A DNA stretch of 64,000 nucleotides from assembly GCA_011364985.1 (NCBI GenBank), contig RDOC01000004.1, positions 152,218 through 216,217 on the forward strand. The letters are read 5' to 3'. Under the pieces are notes generated by a model. It saw only the letters and a program-made list of their open reading frames with translations, was not told the DNA's origin and searched no databases. Source of the stretch: Candidatus Thorarchaeota archaeon. Its GTDB lineage: Archaea; Asgardarchaeota; Thorarchaeia; Thorarchaeales; Thorarchaeaceae. The translations under genes were made by a program, and so were the position numbers. This document shows positions 56,734 to 64,000 of this stretch, in pieces; position 1 is the stretch's first letter; every line of letters starts with the position of its first letter.

Positions 56734-57489
56734 ATGAAATATTACCGAAAACCATCGCGCTATCACGTTGGCAAAAGGTATGTATCATGTCTTACAAAGT
56801 GGGGGCTTGAAATCGATGAAAACTCTGAAGGCCTTGTTCAAGCATACTTAGGGGATCTAGGACGTATTCCATACAATGAGCAGCTATATTGGAGTATATT
56901 CAATGTTGCCCCTCAAGGAGGGACAGCATGAGAGAGATTTCAGCGAAACTTCCTCAAATGACCTTGTAGAACTGATTGATGATCCTGTGTATCAATTCAA
57001 GAAACACTTCGAAATCATTCAAGATGCATCGATGAAGAAGTACGTGAACCTGTCTTCTTGTACTAAGGGTGACGCTCATAGGTACTCCTCTCTGCGAATG
57101 CCCTTAATGAAGAATGGAATGAGTTTGAAGAGCAAATACAGTCTCTTGCAATAATGACTTCAGACTCATTAAACGTAGCTCTACTGAAGCGTCTGATTGG
57201 AACATCAGTTCAGGGACTGAATGATATGAAATCCATCAAGTTGTTGGAGATGTATTTAGACTCGCAATCCATTGATAAGGCTGATACTCAAGATATTTTA
57301 CAGGGGCTCAGGATGGTTCAAGACCTATGGTCCAGCAGCACGACTCATTGCAAGGGAAGTAGGTTCGCTAGTGTGTTGAAGAAATACAACTTAGACACTC
57401 TATCAAGGTTGGATATTGTCAAGAACGTATTCTTTGAGCTGACCAAATCCATTACCAGGCTCCAATTCATAATTTGGATGCAGAGATGA
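56734..57489 (+). pseudogene. Multiply frameshifted hypothetical gene, possible C-terminal HEPN-like motif
   Basis: Three overlapping ORFs form one protein-like string (LGDLGRIPYNEQLYW..FN; DSLN..LL; SIKLLE.YL; VQDLWSSSTTHCKG). Confidence 0.5.
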
Positions 57490-57749
57490 TAATTCCAGAG
57501 TTGAATCAGAATCTAAGTGGCGAAAACGCATATGTTTCGCAGAGTTTGGCATCATCCTGCTCATCAACATACTCTCATCCAGTAATAGCTCCAATCCTAT
57601 TTCACGTAGACCGAGAGTGAGTGAGCATTTGATTTACCTCTGCAGTAACGAATCAAAATGTAATGGTAAACTGAGGTTTAACATCTTGAAAAGGCTGACG
57701 ATGAATAATCTGGTCTTTCCTTGAGGGATGAATAAATTCAACCCTAATA

Positions 57750-57769
57750 GAAGCGCTTAAAGGCGAAAC
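57750..57769 (+). promoter_or_regulatory. BRE/TATA-like promoter of tRNA-Arg(CCG)
   Basis: GAAGCGCTTAAAGGCGAAAC, near-identical to the element upstream of the first tRNA. Confidence 0.55.
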
Positions 57770-57785
57770 GGGAAGGGGTGCGACT

Positions 57786-57863
57786 GGGCGTGTAGTCTAG
57801 CATGGATAAGGCGCTTGCCTCCGGAGCAAGATTCCTCAGGTTCAAATCCTGACACGCCCGCCA
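57786..57863 (+). tRNA. tRNA-Arg (CCG)
   Basis: Same cloverleaf as 48631..48708 with anticodon loop CTCCGGA; encoded CCA. Confidence 0.96.
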
Positions 57864-58012
57864 ATTCTTTCTTGTATGGTAGTCAAGAGACTTAATCCAG
57901 ATGTGATGATGAATCGAGGTCTGTTAGTATACTAGCTGTTGGATATATCGATCTTCTAAACATCCGGTTGTGGTGTGATTCACTCATCATGACTTGTAAG
58001 AAACAGGTTATA

Positions 58013-58525
58013 TCAAGAAACGATCTTTGAATGATGTTCAAGCCACCAAGCGCCACGTTTTCCCTTCGAAAAGCCCTTCTCGTACTTCAGGACCTCGACC
58101 CCAATGAGGTTCTTTGCTCGCTCATTCAGTTTTGCAATTCGGTCTAGGATTGTTCTTCGATTTGAGGACAAGTCCTTTGCTAGTTCGGGAGTCGTTGCGC
58201 CGTCATTCTTGAGGAAGTACTCGAGTATGCTGCGGTCCAGTTGGTCCCGACAAATCTGTGTCTTGGCCACGGTGTTTAACTCGTCAAGAAAAACACTAGT
58301 AGATTGTATATTCTCCAGATGAGCAACTCGTTCCTTCAACTCATTCACATCTTCAATTAGCTCCATGATGAAGGGAGGTAGTTCTTGATCGAGTCGCCAA
58401 AGAACAGACTCCTCGATGAAATGCTGGCGCCCTCGTTCACCAGCAAGCTTGTCGATTCGCTCAAGCAGGTCAGGTTCCAATCGGAGACGAATGCTAACAG
58501 ACCTCTTTTTCGAAGATGGCGACAT
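58013..58525 (-). CDS. Ribbon-helix-helix + coiled-coil + HTH regulator
   Basis: VSIRLRLEPDLLERID...R..FIEE (RHH); ATTPELAKDLSSNRRTILDRI (HTH). Confidence 0.75.
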   Translation of the reverse strand: MSPSSKKRSVSIRLRLEPDLLERIDKLAGERGRQHFIEESVLWRLDQELPPFIMELIEDVNELKERVAHLENIQSTSVFLDELNTVAKTQICRDQLDRSILEYFLKNDGATTPELAKDLSSNRRTILDRIAKLNERAKNLIGVEVLKYEKGFSKGKRGAWWLEHHSKIVS

Positions 58526-58660
58526 TCTAGAGAACACCCTATTTCCAAAATGCAGCAACCTTCGACAAAAAGCCTTCTATTCACAGAAACTTCTGCATCC
58601 GACACAGTTATAACAATACTCACTAGGAGGTCGCAGAAAATACGCCACGGTGGCTCTCAA

Positions 58661-59020
58661 ATGGTTAACAAAGAGAAGGCTCTGAAACGGGAATTGATCC
58701 GACTGAGGAAGACGCAGAATCCCCAACAGATCGATTACAGAAGAATGAGGAAGTTGCGCAAGGCCCGAACAGAGTACTGGGCGCTGAAGACCATCCCCGG
58801 TGCAGTGAAAAAAGCAGCTGCTAAGCCCGAGAAGAAGGTCAAGAAGAAAAAGGAAAAAGAGCCAGAGCTAGAAATAGTTGAAAATGAGGAAGGGAGCGAA
58901 CCGGAGTTCGAAGTAATCGAAGATGAGACCGAGGTGTCCGACGAGGACCTAGAGATTGATGAGGAACTCGAAAAGCTCTATGCTGATGATGATGAGCCTG
59001 AAGACGAGGAAGAAGAGTAG
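58661..59020 (+). CDS. Small bipolar-charged protein (basic N-half, acidic C-half)
   Basis: ATG at 58661; K/R-rich then E/D-rich; the upstream extension overlaps the RHH gene and is discounted. Confidence 0.75.
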   Translation: MVNKEKALKRELIRLRKTQNPQQIDYRRMRKLRKARTEYWALKTIPGAVKKAAAKPEKKVKKKKEKEPELEIVENEEGSEPEFEVIEDETEVSDEDLEIDEELEKLYADDDEPEDEEEE

Positions 59021-59094
59021 GCCAAGTCTATGGGAAAGAATAAGACGAACCTTGCTTCTTCAATCTCACCATCAGAGATTCTTTGGTGAGAATA

Positions 59095-59907
59095 ATGGTC
59101 ACACTACTGACAATGATAAAATACCTTGAAGAAATCTCTCCTTCAAGATTCACCTTTGCAGGAATGGACACTAAGGTTGAGATTGGACCACAGACCGAGG
59201 CTATACAGGAAAAGACAACGGTGAATCGAGTCATTGTCGCAACCTATCCCTCAGGGAAAGTTGTCACAAAAGCCTCTCAAGAAAAGGCTAACCTTCTCAT
59301 CAGTCACAGGCCACTTTTTCCATTTGCCCTTGACAGAATCTATGGATTGGATCTGATTAGAGTCAGACTGCTTACAAAGAACTACATCTCCTCGCTATCC
59401 CTCGGGACCTCGTGGATTGCAGCAAGGGATGGAATTGTAGACGCCCTATCAGAGACTCTTGGGTTCACTCGCGTAAGTGAGTTTATGATTGCAGGAGACT
59501 ATAATGACCTTGTACCGGCTGGCCGCGTTTGTCAGTATCCCGGACTAATGAACCATTCAAAACTCGCTAACTATGTGGCAGCCAAGCTTTCCTTGGATAC
59601 AGTCCTCTTCACTGGAGACCTTGATGAGGAAGTTGGAAACACACTCCTGCTTCCTGGACACTATGTCGATATGCCCGAGGTGGTAATGGCGAAGAAGCAG
59701 GACATTCGGACCCTGATTACAGGAGAACTTTCCCCAGAAGTCAGATTAATGGCTGCTGAAGACGGAATGAACGTTCTTGAGTTAGGGCAGTTTGCAGGAG
59801 AAGAACCAGGAATGAAACGACTCAGACATCAGATTAGCCTTGAGTTCCCTGAGCTGCGAGTTGAGTTTACCGAGTCTGCACCCTTGTCCAAGAGCCTTTC
59901 TTGCTAA
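59095..59907 (+). CDS. NIF3/YbgI-family protein with degenerate metal ligands
   Basis: ANLLISHRPLF, LITGE, LGQFAGEEPGM..L. Confidence 0.75.
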   Translation: MVTLLTMIKYLEEISPSRFTFAGMDTKVEIGPQTEAIQEKTTVNRVIVATYPSGKVVTKASQEKANLLISHRPLFPFALDRIYGLDLIRVRLLTKNYISSLSLGTSWIAARDGIVDALSETLGFTRVSEFMIAGDYNDLVPAGRVCQYPGLMNHSKLANYVAAKLSLDTVLFTGDLDEEVGNTLLLPGHYVDMPEVVMAKKQDIRTLITGELSPEVRLMAAEDGMNVLELGQFAGEEPGMKRLRHQISLEFPELRVEFTESAPLSKSLSC

Positions 59908-59914
59908 TATGGAG

Positions 59915-60805
59915 CTATGCATAATTGGGTCTTCGAATAACAACAACATTCCGATTTAAATCGGCTCCAACGTGTCGAGACACAGGTGGACACTTCGTTC
60001 TCAGAATATGAACGACAGGGCAACGGGAGTCTATTTCTGTCATCGATTCATAATTTCCCATGCCTTTTGCTACGACAAGGTCTGCCTCAGCCAGAGCATT
60101 CATGAATTCATCTGAGTTTCGCTCAGGGTTTACTCCAATGGCAGGAGCACCGGTATCAATCACTGCGTCTGCGTACTCATGCAATCCGACCTCGTCAGCA
60201 TCCACCATTGTTGCATCGTTGAGAACTGGGCCGCCTTTCACAACAGCAACTACTCTGGCGCCCAGATTGCGTATTTCTGATATCAGAATCATATCCAAGA
60301 CAACTTCACCCGCATTGTCCATAAGATAGAGCACTTCGGATGCATTTCGGCAGAGATCTCGAAATTCATCCACTTGGTCAATTCCTAGATCGGCCTCCAC
60401 TTTGTTTATGATGGATCTAAGCTCATTTAGGCTGAAGTCACGACCTGAGACATCGAACTCGATAGCATTGGCTGCCGCGGCAATCAATGCAGCTCTTCTG
60501 AATCTGCCCTCAGGCGTTCGAACCTCATCGATCAAGTCTGTTAGTTCCTTGAGTATTCCAAGAGCCATTATGTTTGATTCATGCTTGAGCTCTTCGTAGG
60601 GGTCTCGGCCCGTCATCCGTTGTACAAGCAAGTCTCTATCTGTGCCAATGTGACTAGGAACCGATTCATTGGTGAAGTTCTTGGACAAGAAATCAAGCAT
60701 TTCAGAAACGACCTTCATCTGGAGATCCTTGTCATCTGTTGCTAGTTTAACCTGGTTTATTGCACGCTCAAGAAGACAGTGTGCACAATGGAGTGTGACC
60801 TTCAA
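59915..60805 (-). CDS. ARMT1-like/DUF89 damage-control phosphatase
   Basis: C..C, DPY...K, N.I.F, DNAGE, LNDAT, KGMGNYES, KC. Confidence 0.92.
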   Translation of the reverse strand: MKVTLHCAHCLLERAINQVKLATDDKDLQMKVVSEMLDFLSKNFTNESVPSHIGTDRDLLVQRMTGRDPYEELKHESNIMALGILKELTDLIDEVRTPEGRFRRAALIAAAANAIEFDVSGRDFSLNELRSIINKVEADLGIDQVDEFRDLCRNASEVLYLMDNAGEVVLDMILISEIRNLGARVVAVVKGGPVLNDATMVDADEVGLHEYADAVIDTGAPAIGVNPERNSDEFMNALAEADLVVAKGMGNYESMTEIDSRCPVVHILRTKCPPVSRHVGADLNRNVVVIRRPNYA

Positions 60806-60860
60806 TGTAGCTCGCCTAATTCCGCCGGGCAGTTGTTGGTGTTAAAGCATACGGAAGATG

Positions 60861-61544
60861 CTATTTCCGAATGGGGTCTGCAAGATCTCGTAGGATAGCC
60901 TCTGGTTTATCAGATTTGGCCACTGCTGAAGCGAGCAGTACACCTTGTGATCCTAGTTCTATGGCAGCCTTCACGTCTTCCCCGGTACTAATGCCTGCTC
61001 CACAAAGAATCACTACATCCTTGTTTACTGCACGTATCTTATCAACCGTACCAGTGATGATCTCAGGCTGACTCTGAGAGACTGAGATACCGGACCCGAT
61101 TAACTCAGGGGGCTCTACTGCCACCGCGGATGGATTGAGCGATGCAGCAGCAACGCTCACAAGGGGATTGTTTGTACAAACGATTGTGTATAGTCCAAGC
61201 TTCTCAGCCTTTCTAAGTGACATCTCAATATCTGCCAATTGCATTCGGTTCTCTGAGTGGTTCAGAAGAGTTCCCGAGCACCCTGCCTCAACAAGTGCTT
61301 CACCAAGGACATGACCCGTGAAGCGTCCTGGTTCTCCTGAATCCATATGCTGCGAGAATACCGGAATATCTACAGCTTTGCTCACACGATAGACGTCAGC
61401 AATCTGCGGAGCAACGACGACTGAAAAATCATACTCATTGGCGACTTTCTCACAAGCTTGAGCAAGAAGTACAGCTTTCTCACCTGTTGCTTGTGGATAC
61501 GTTTTGAAGTTCACTGCAATAACTGGCAGACTTATCTTATCCAT
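60861..61544 (-). CDS. tpiA: Triosephosphate isomerase (archaeal type)
   Basis: NFKTY, LLNHSE, AVEPPELIG, CGAGIS, GVLLAS. Confidence 0.96.
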   Translation of the reverse strand: MDKISLPVIAVNFKTYPQATGEKAVLLAQACEKVANEYDFSVVVAPQIADVYRVSKAVDIPVFSQHMDSGEPGRFTGHVLGEALVEAGCSGTLLNHSENRMQLADIEMSLRKAEKLGLYTIVCTNNPLVSVAAASLNPSAVAVEPPELIGSGISVSQSQPEIITGTVDKIRAVNKDVVILCGAGISTGEDVKAAIELGSQGVLLASAVAKSDKPEAILRDLADPIRK

Positions 61545-61639
61545 TGTGCTTATTCCCACCAAGCTGCAATTCACTGCAGCATCGGCTGAAGTAGCCGAGA
61601 GCCTGCTAATAAGTTGCTATGATGGTGCATCTTGTATAT

Positions 61640-62248
61640 TCAGCGGATCTGTCCGACCAAGAGCTTGAGTAGCGGAACCCGAGCATATCCCCTTCGGTTA
61701 AGACCACCGATATCTTTTCGGAGTTCTATTTTCACGAACTTGCCTCCATCAGGATTCTTGTGATACTTCATGTAGATGTTCGCAAATTCATCGAATGTTG
61801 AGGCACTGAGTAGTTCTGAAACGACATCATTGGAAATCCGGATGAATGCATCTTCGTTGGGAGCAGTCCCAGTACCAAAGACAACGTCACCAAGAGCTTG
61901 TTTCTTAACGTTGAATCGCTCACCCATTGCCATGAATTCAAGAACGAACTCGTCGGTGCCTTCGATACTCCCTGAGATTGTGGGATCATGGAACATGAAT
62001 CTGAGCCGCTCGGTTAATTCAGCGTGATAAGGTATCGTAGAACCACGAGCAGCAGAGGCTTGTTTGACCACAGTCACGGCTTCCTCGGCATGCTCTTGGA
62101 CGTCTGACTCGGCTGCCGATTCCGAAGAATCCTCTTCTTCGACGGCTGGCGCTGATTCTGCCTCAGCTACATCTTCTTGCTCTGTCTCTTCGGTCTCATC
62201 TAGTTTATCTTCATCTTCCTTCCCAAAGAATTTCCTTATCTTTTCCAT
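61640..62248 (-). CDS. Hypothetical protein with acidic disordered N-half and globular (possibly SCP2-like) C-half
   Basis: E/A-rich 65-aa N-terminus followed by an alpha/beta domain. Confidence 0.6.
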   Translation of the reverse strand: MEKIRKFFGKEDEDKLDETEETEQEDVAEAESAPAVEEEDSSESAAESDVQEHAEEAVTVVKQASAARGSTIPYHAELTERLRFMFHDPTISGSIEGTDEFVLEFMAMGERFNVKKQALGDVVFGTGTAPNEDAFIRISNDVVSELLSASTFDEFANIYMKYHKNPDGGKFVKIELRKDIGGLNRRGYARVPLLKLLVGQIR

Positions 62249-62369
62249 TTTGCACGGTCTCCTTGATCACAAATAGGACTTCTTGCCTTAGGTCACACAA
62301 GAACTCATTCAATTGGTCCCATTCATTGCTTGGTTCTCTTCTGCGTGCTTCCAAAAAAAGATAGCTTGA

Positions 62370-62594
62370 TTATACACCCTTGGTAGGTTCAATGGCAGAC
62401 AATTTCAAGTCTTCTAGCTGGGCAATAAGAGGCATTACTTTTGCCTGTCTCTGCCCTCCCCATAATTCGTCAACAAGAAGGTCTCGGATTGCAATCCTAA
62501 TGACTTCTGAACGATTTGGGTATCTGCTCTGTTCAATAAGCTCGTCAAGGCCATCAACATAGGATTCAGGAAGACATATCGTTACAACTTTCAT
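62370..62594 (-). CDS. CopG/CdrS-like ribbon-helix-helix regulator
   Basis: MKVVTICLPE..V.GLDELI....YPNRSEVIRIAIRDLL. Confidence 0.88.
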   Translation of the reverse strand: MKVVTICLPESYVDGLDELIEQSRYPNRSEVIRIAIRDLLVDELWGGQRQAKVMPLIAQLEDLKLSAIEPTKGV

Positions 62595-63328
62595 TGTTGA
62601 CCACTCTGAAACAGAGGAAACGTGCTAATGAAAGCGTGTCATTTCCAGATGTCAATGTAGGTATTATTCACTCTAGGTACGAATTCTGTGTGCTCCATTG
62701 ACTTATGGAGCTGGATTGATTTCCCCAGGCTGCTGGCCCACTTCAAGAAGCACACGAGCAGAGGGCGCCTCTCAGGAATGGGAGTCATTTTGATGTATCA
62801 ATCGCAATACCCTTTGCATATCCTTCCGGATAGTGCTCATCTAGGATTTCATAGGTTTGACAAAGCAATTCTTCGCCCTGAATACAAGACTCGCAAGTTC
62901 CACGAGATACATCAGGATCAATCATCGCAGGGGTTCCAATTTCCAAATCATTGAGTGTGCTTTGGCTTGTTTGTGCAACTATGCCGAAATATCGTTACCA
63001 AGATTATATGGCATCTTGAGATTGAAACCCGGAATTCCGGCTCACACGAAAAGGTTGAGATGATTGAGTGTCACCGCCTTGACATCAACAAAGACTCGTT
63101 CTAGCAGAGGCTTCAAGATGTTCATCTAGCACATTTGAGAACATCAGAAGGTCCATATTCGCCGAAAGCTGCCCTCATGTTGACTCTCGTCGCATACTCG
63201 ACAGCACAGGTCAATGAAGTAAAATGCTGTGAAGTGGCAGTAGTTTCTAGTCTGGATATCATTGTAATCAATACTACTACGAAATCTACTAAAGGTCTGT
63301 GCAGATCTCTGGTGTAAAGGTGAAAAAG

Positions 63329-63641
63329 ATGGGAAAGAAAAGCAAGAAGAGTGATGGCGGCGGAAGAATCCGAGTAAGCCATATCCTAGTCAAGAAACAC
63401 AGCCAAGCCCTAGAGATAATAAGCAAGATTCAGGAAGGAGCAGACTTCGCTGCTATGGCCAAGCAACATAGCTCCTGTTCTTCCAAAAAAAGAGGTGGTG
63501 ATCTTGGGCAATTCGGAATTCGGAAGAGGACAAATGGTCGCAGAGTTCGAACAAGCGGCTTTTGCCCTGAATGTCGGTGCAATGACCACAAATCCTGTGA
63601 AGACCGAATTTGGCTATCATATCATCAAGCGAACCGGATAG
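63329..63641 (+). pseudogene. Parvulin peptidyl-prolyl isomerase interrupted by a 7-nt duplication
   Basis: SHILV, SSC.S..RGGDLG.F then AATTCGG x2 (63510-63523); the next frame gives [24 protein letters not shown]. Confidence 0.88.
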
Positions 63642-63742
63642 CAGTGTGAACGAGATACTTCACGATGCATGTAGAGAGTCTAGTAATTGCTCCTATGAAA
63701 GGAGTGATGCGGGATGCTGGACTCTCACATCATGAGTGAATT

Positions 63743-64000
63743 TTATTCAGCGGAATCGGAGGTCTCTTTTTCCTTTCCTTTAGGAATAATCTCTTCTTCA
63801 ACAAAACGATTCGCACATTTGGTAAGAACTTTCGGAAGTGTGCTGTATTCCATTCTGTCAGATGAGAGGCGATGAAACTCAAAAGGCCCTAAACGCCGTA
63901 GATAGTCAGCTATTTCCATTCCACGTTGTCGTGTAATGTCAAAGGCAATATCATCGAACAAATCGACAGGCCCTACCAGCTTGCCGTTTGACACTTGAAA
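63743..64000 (-). CDS. C-terminal part of a hypothetical protein truncated by the window end
   Basis: Frame is open to the window edge; protein-like composition. Confidence 0.5.
   Translation of the reverse strand, partial: FQVSNGKLVGPVDLFDDIAFDITRQRGMEIADYLRRLGPFEFHRLSSDRMEYSTLPKVLTKCANRFVEEEIIPKGKEKETSDSAE

Larger units (their letters stand above)
48709..57785. mobile_element. Accessory genomic island between direct-repeat tRNA-Arg genes
   Basis: Visibly AT-richer, many pseudogenes, TnpB relic, att-like relic, defence-like genes; no intact integrase seen. Confidence 0.55.

Noticed and set aside
58385-58660. N-terminal extension of the 211-aa ORF
   Set aside because: Overlaps the RHH gene on the opposite strand; the ATG at 58661 is more plausible
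62370-62594. cdrS-ftsZ cell-division locus
   Set aside because: The RHH protein is CdrS-like, but no ftsZ or tubulin motif follows it in this window
1-64000. CRISPR array, cas genes or rRNA
   Set aside because: No regularly spaced direct repeats, cas motifs or rRNA-like sequence were seen by eye

Overview
Gene-dense archaeal chromosomal window, most consistent with an Asgard archaeon (Thorarchaeia-like; inferred from gene content, not from a database search). Housekeeping genes include tfb, argS, tldD/pmbA, aspS, polB1, arcS-raSEA (archaeosine), a DUF1998 helicase, two thioredoxins and tpiA. The most notable locus is an ESCRT cluster at about 7.4-13.0 kb. It encodes an ESCRT-III (Vps2/24/46 type), Vps4 and Vps25, plus two unusual fusions: a Zn-finger/B-box + coiled-coil + PH/GLUE-like + Vps23 steadiness-box protein, and a Vps28-N + Vps22/36 winged-helix protein that would covalently join ESCRT-I to ESCRT-II. 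Other eukaryote-like candidates are a longin protein, an IFT52/GIFT-like coiled-coil protein, a mu-adaptin(MHD)-like beta-sandwich protein and tandem GT-C glycosyltransferases. There is also a divergent nurA-herA-mre11-rad50 operon and several apparent pseudoenzymes. An AT-richer accessory island (about 48.7-57.8 kb) lies between two near-identical tRNA-Arg genes (GCG and CCG). It holds an ABC exporter, a decayed TnpB with a Fanzor-type rearranged RuvC, a tRNA 3'-end att-like relic (a second copy lies just outside the island), decayed defence-like genes, and an intact YwgA/Panacea-like + SAMHD1-like HD dNTPase + HTH-TM operon that is a candidate antiviral or toxin-antitoxin system. No CRISPR array, rRNA or intact integrase was seen. 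All family calls come from motif recognition by eye.
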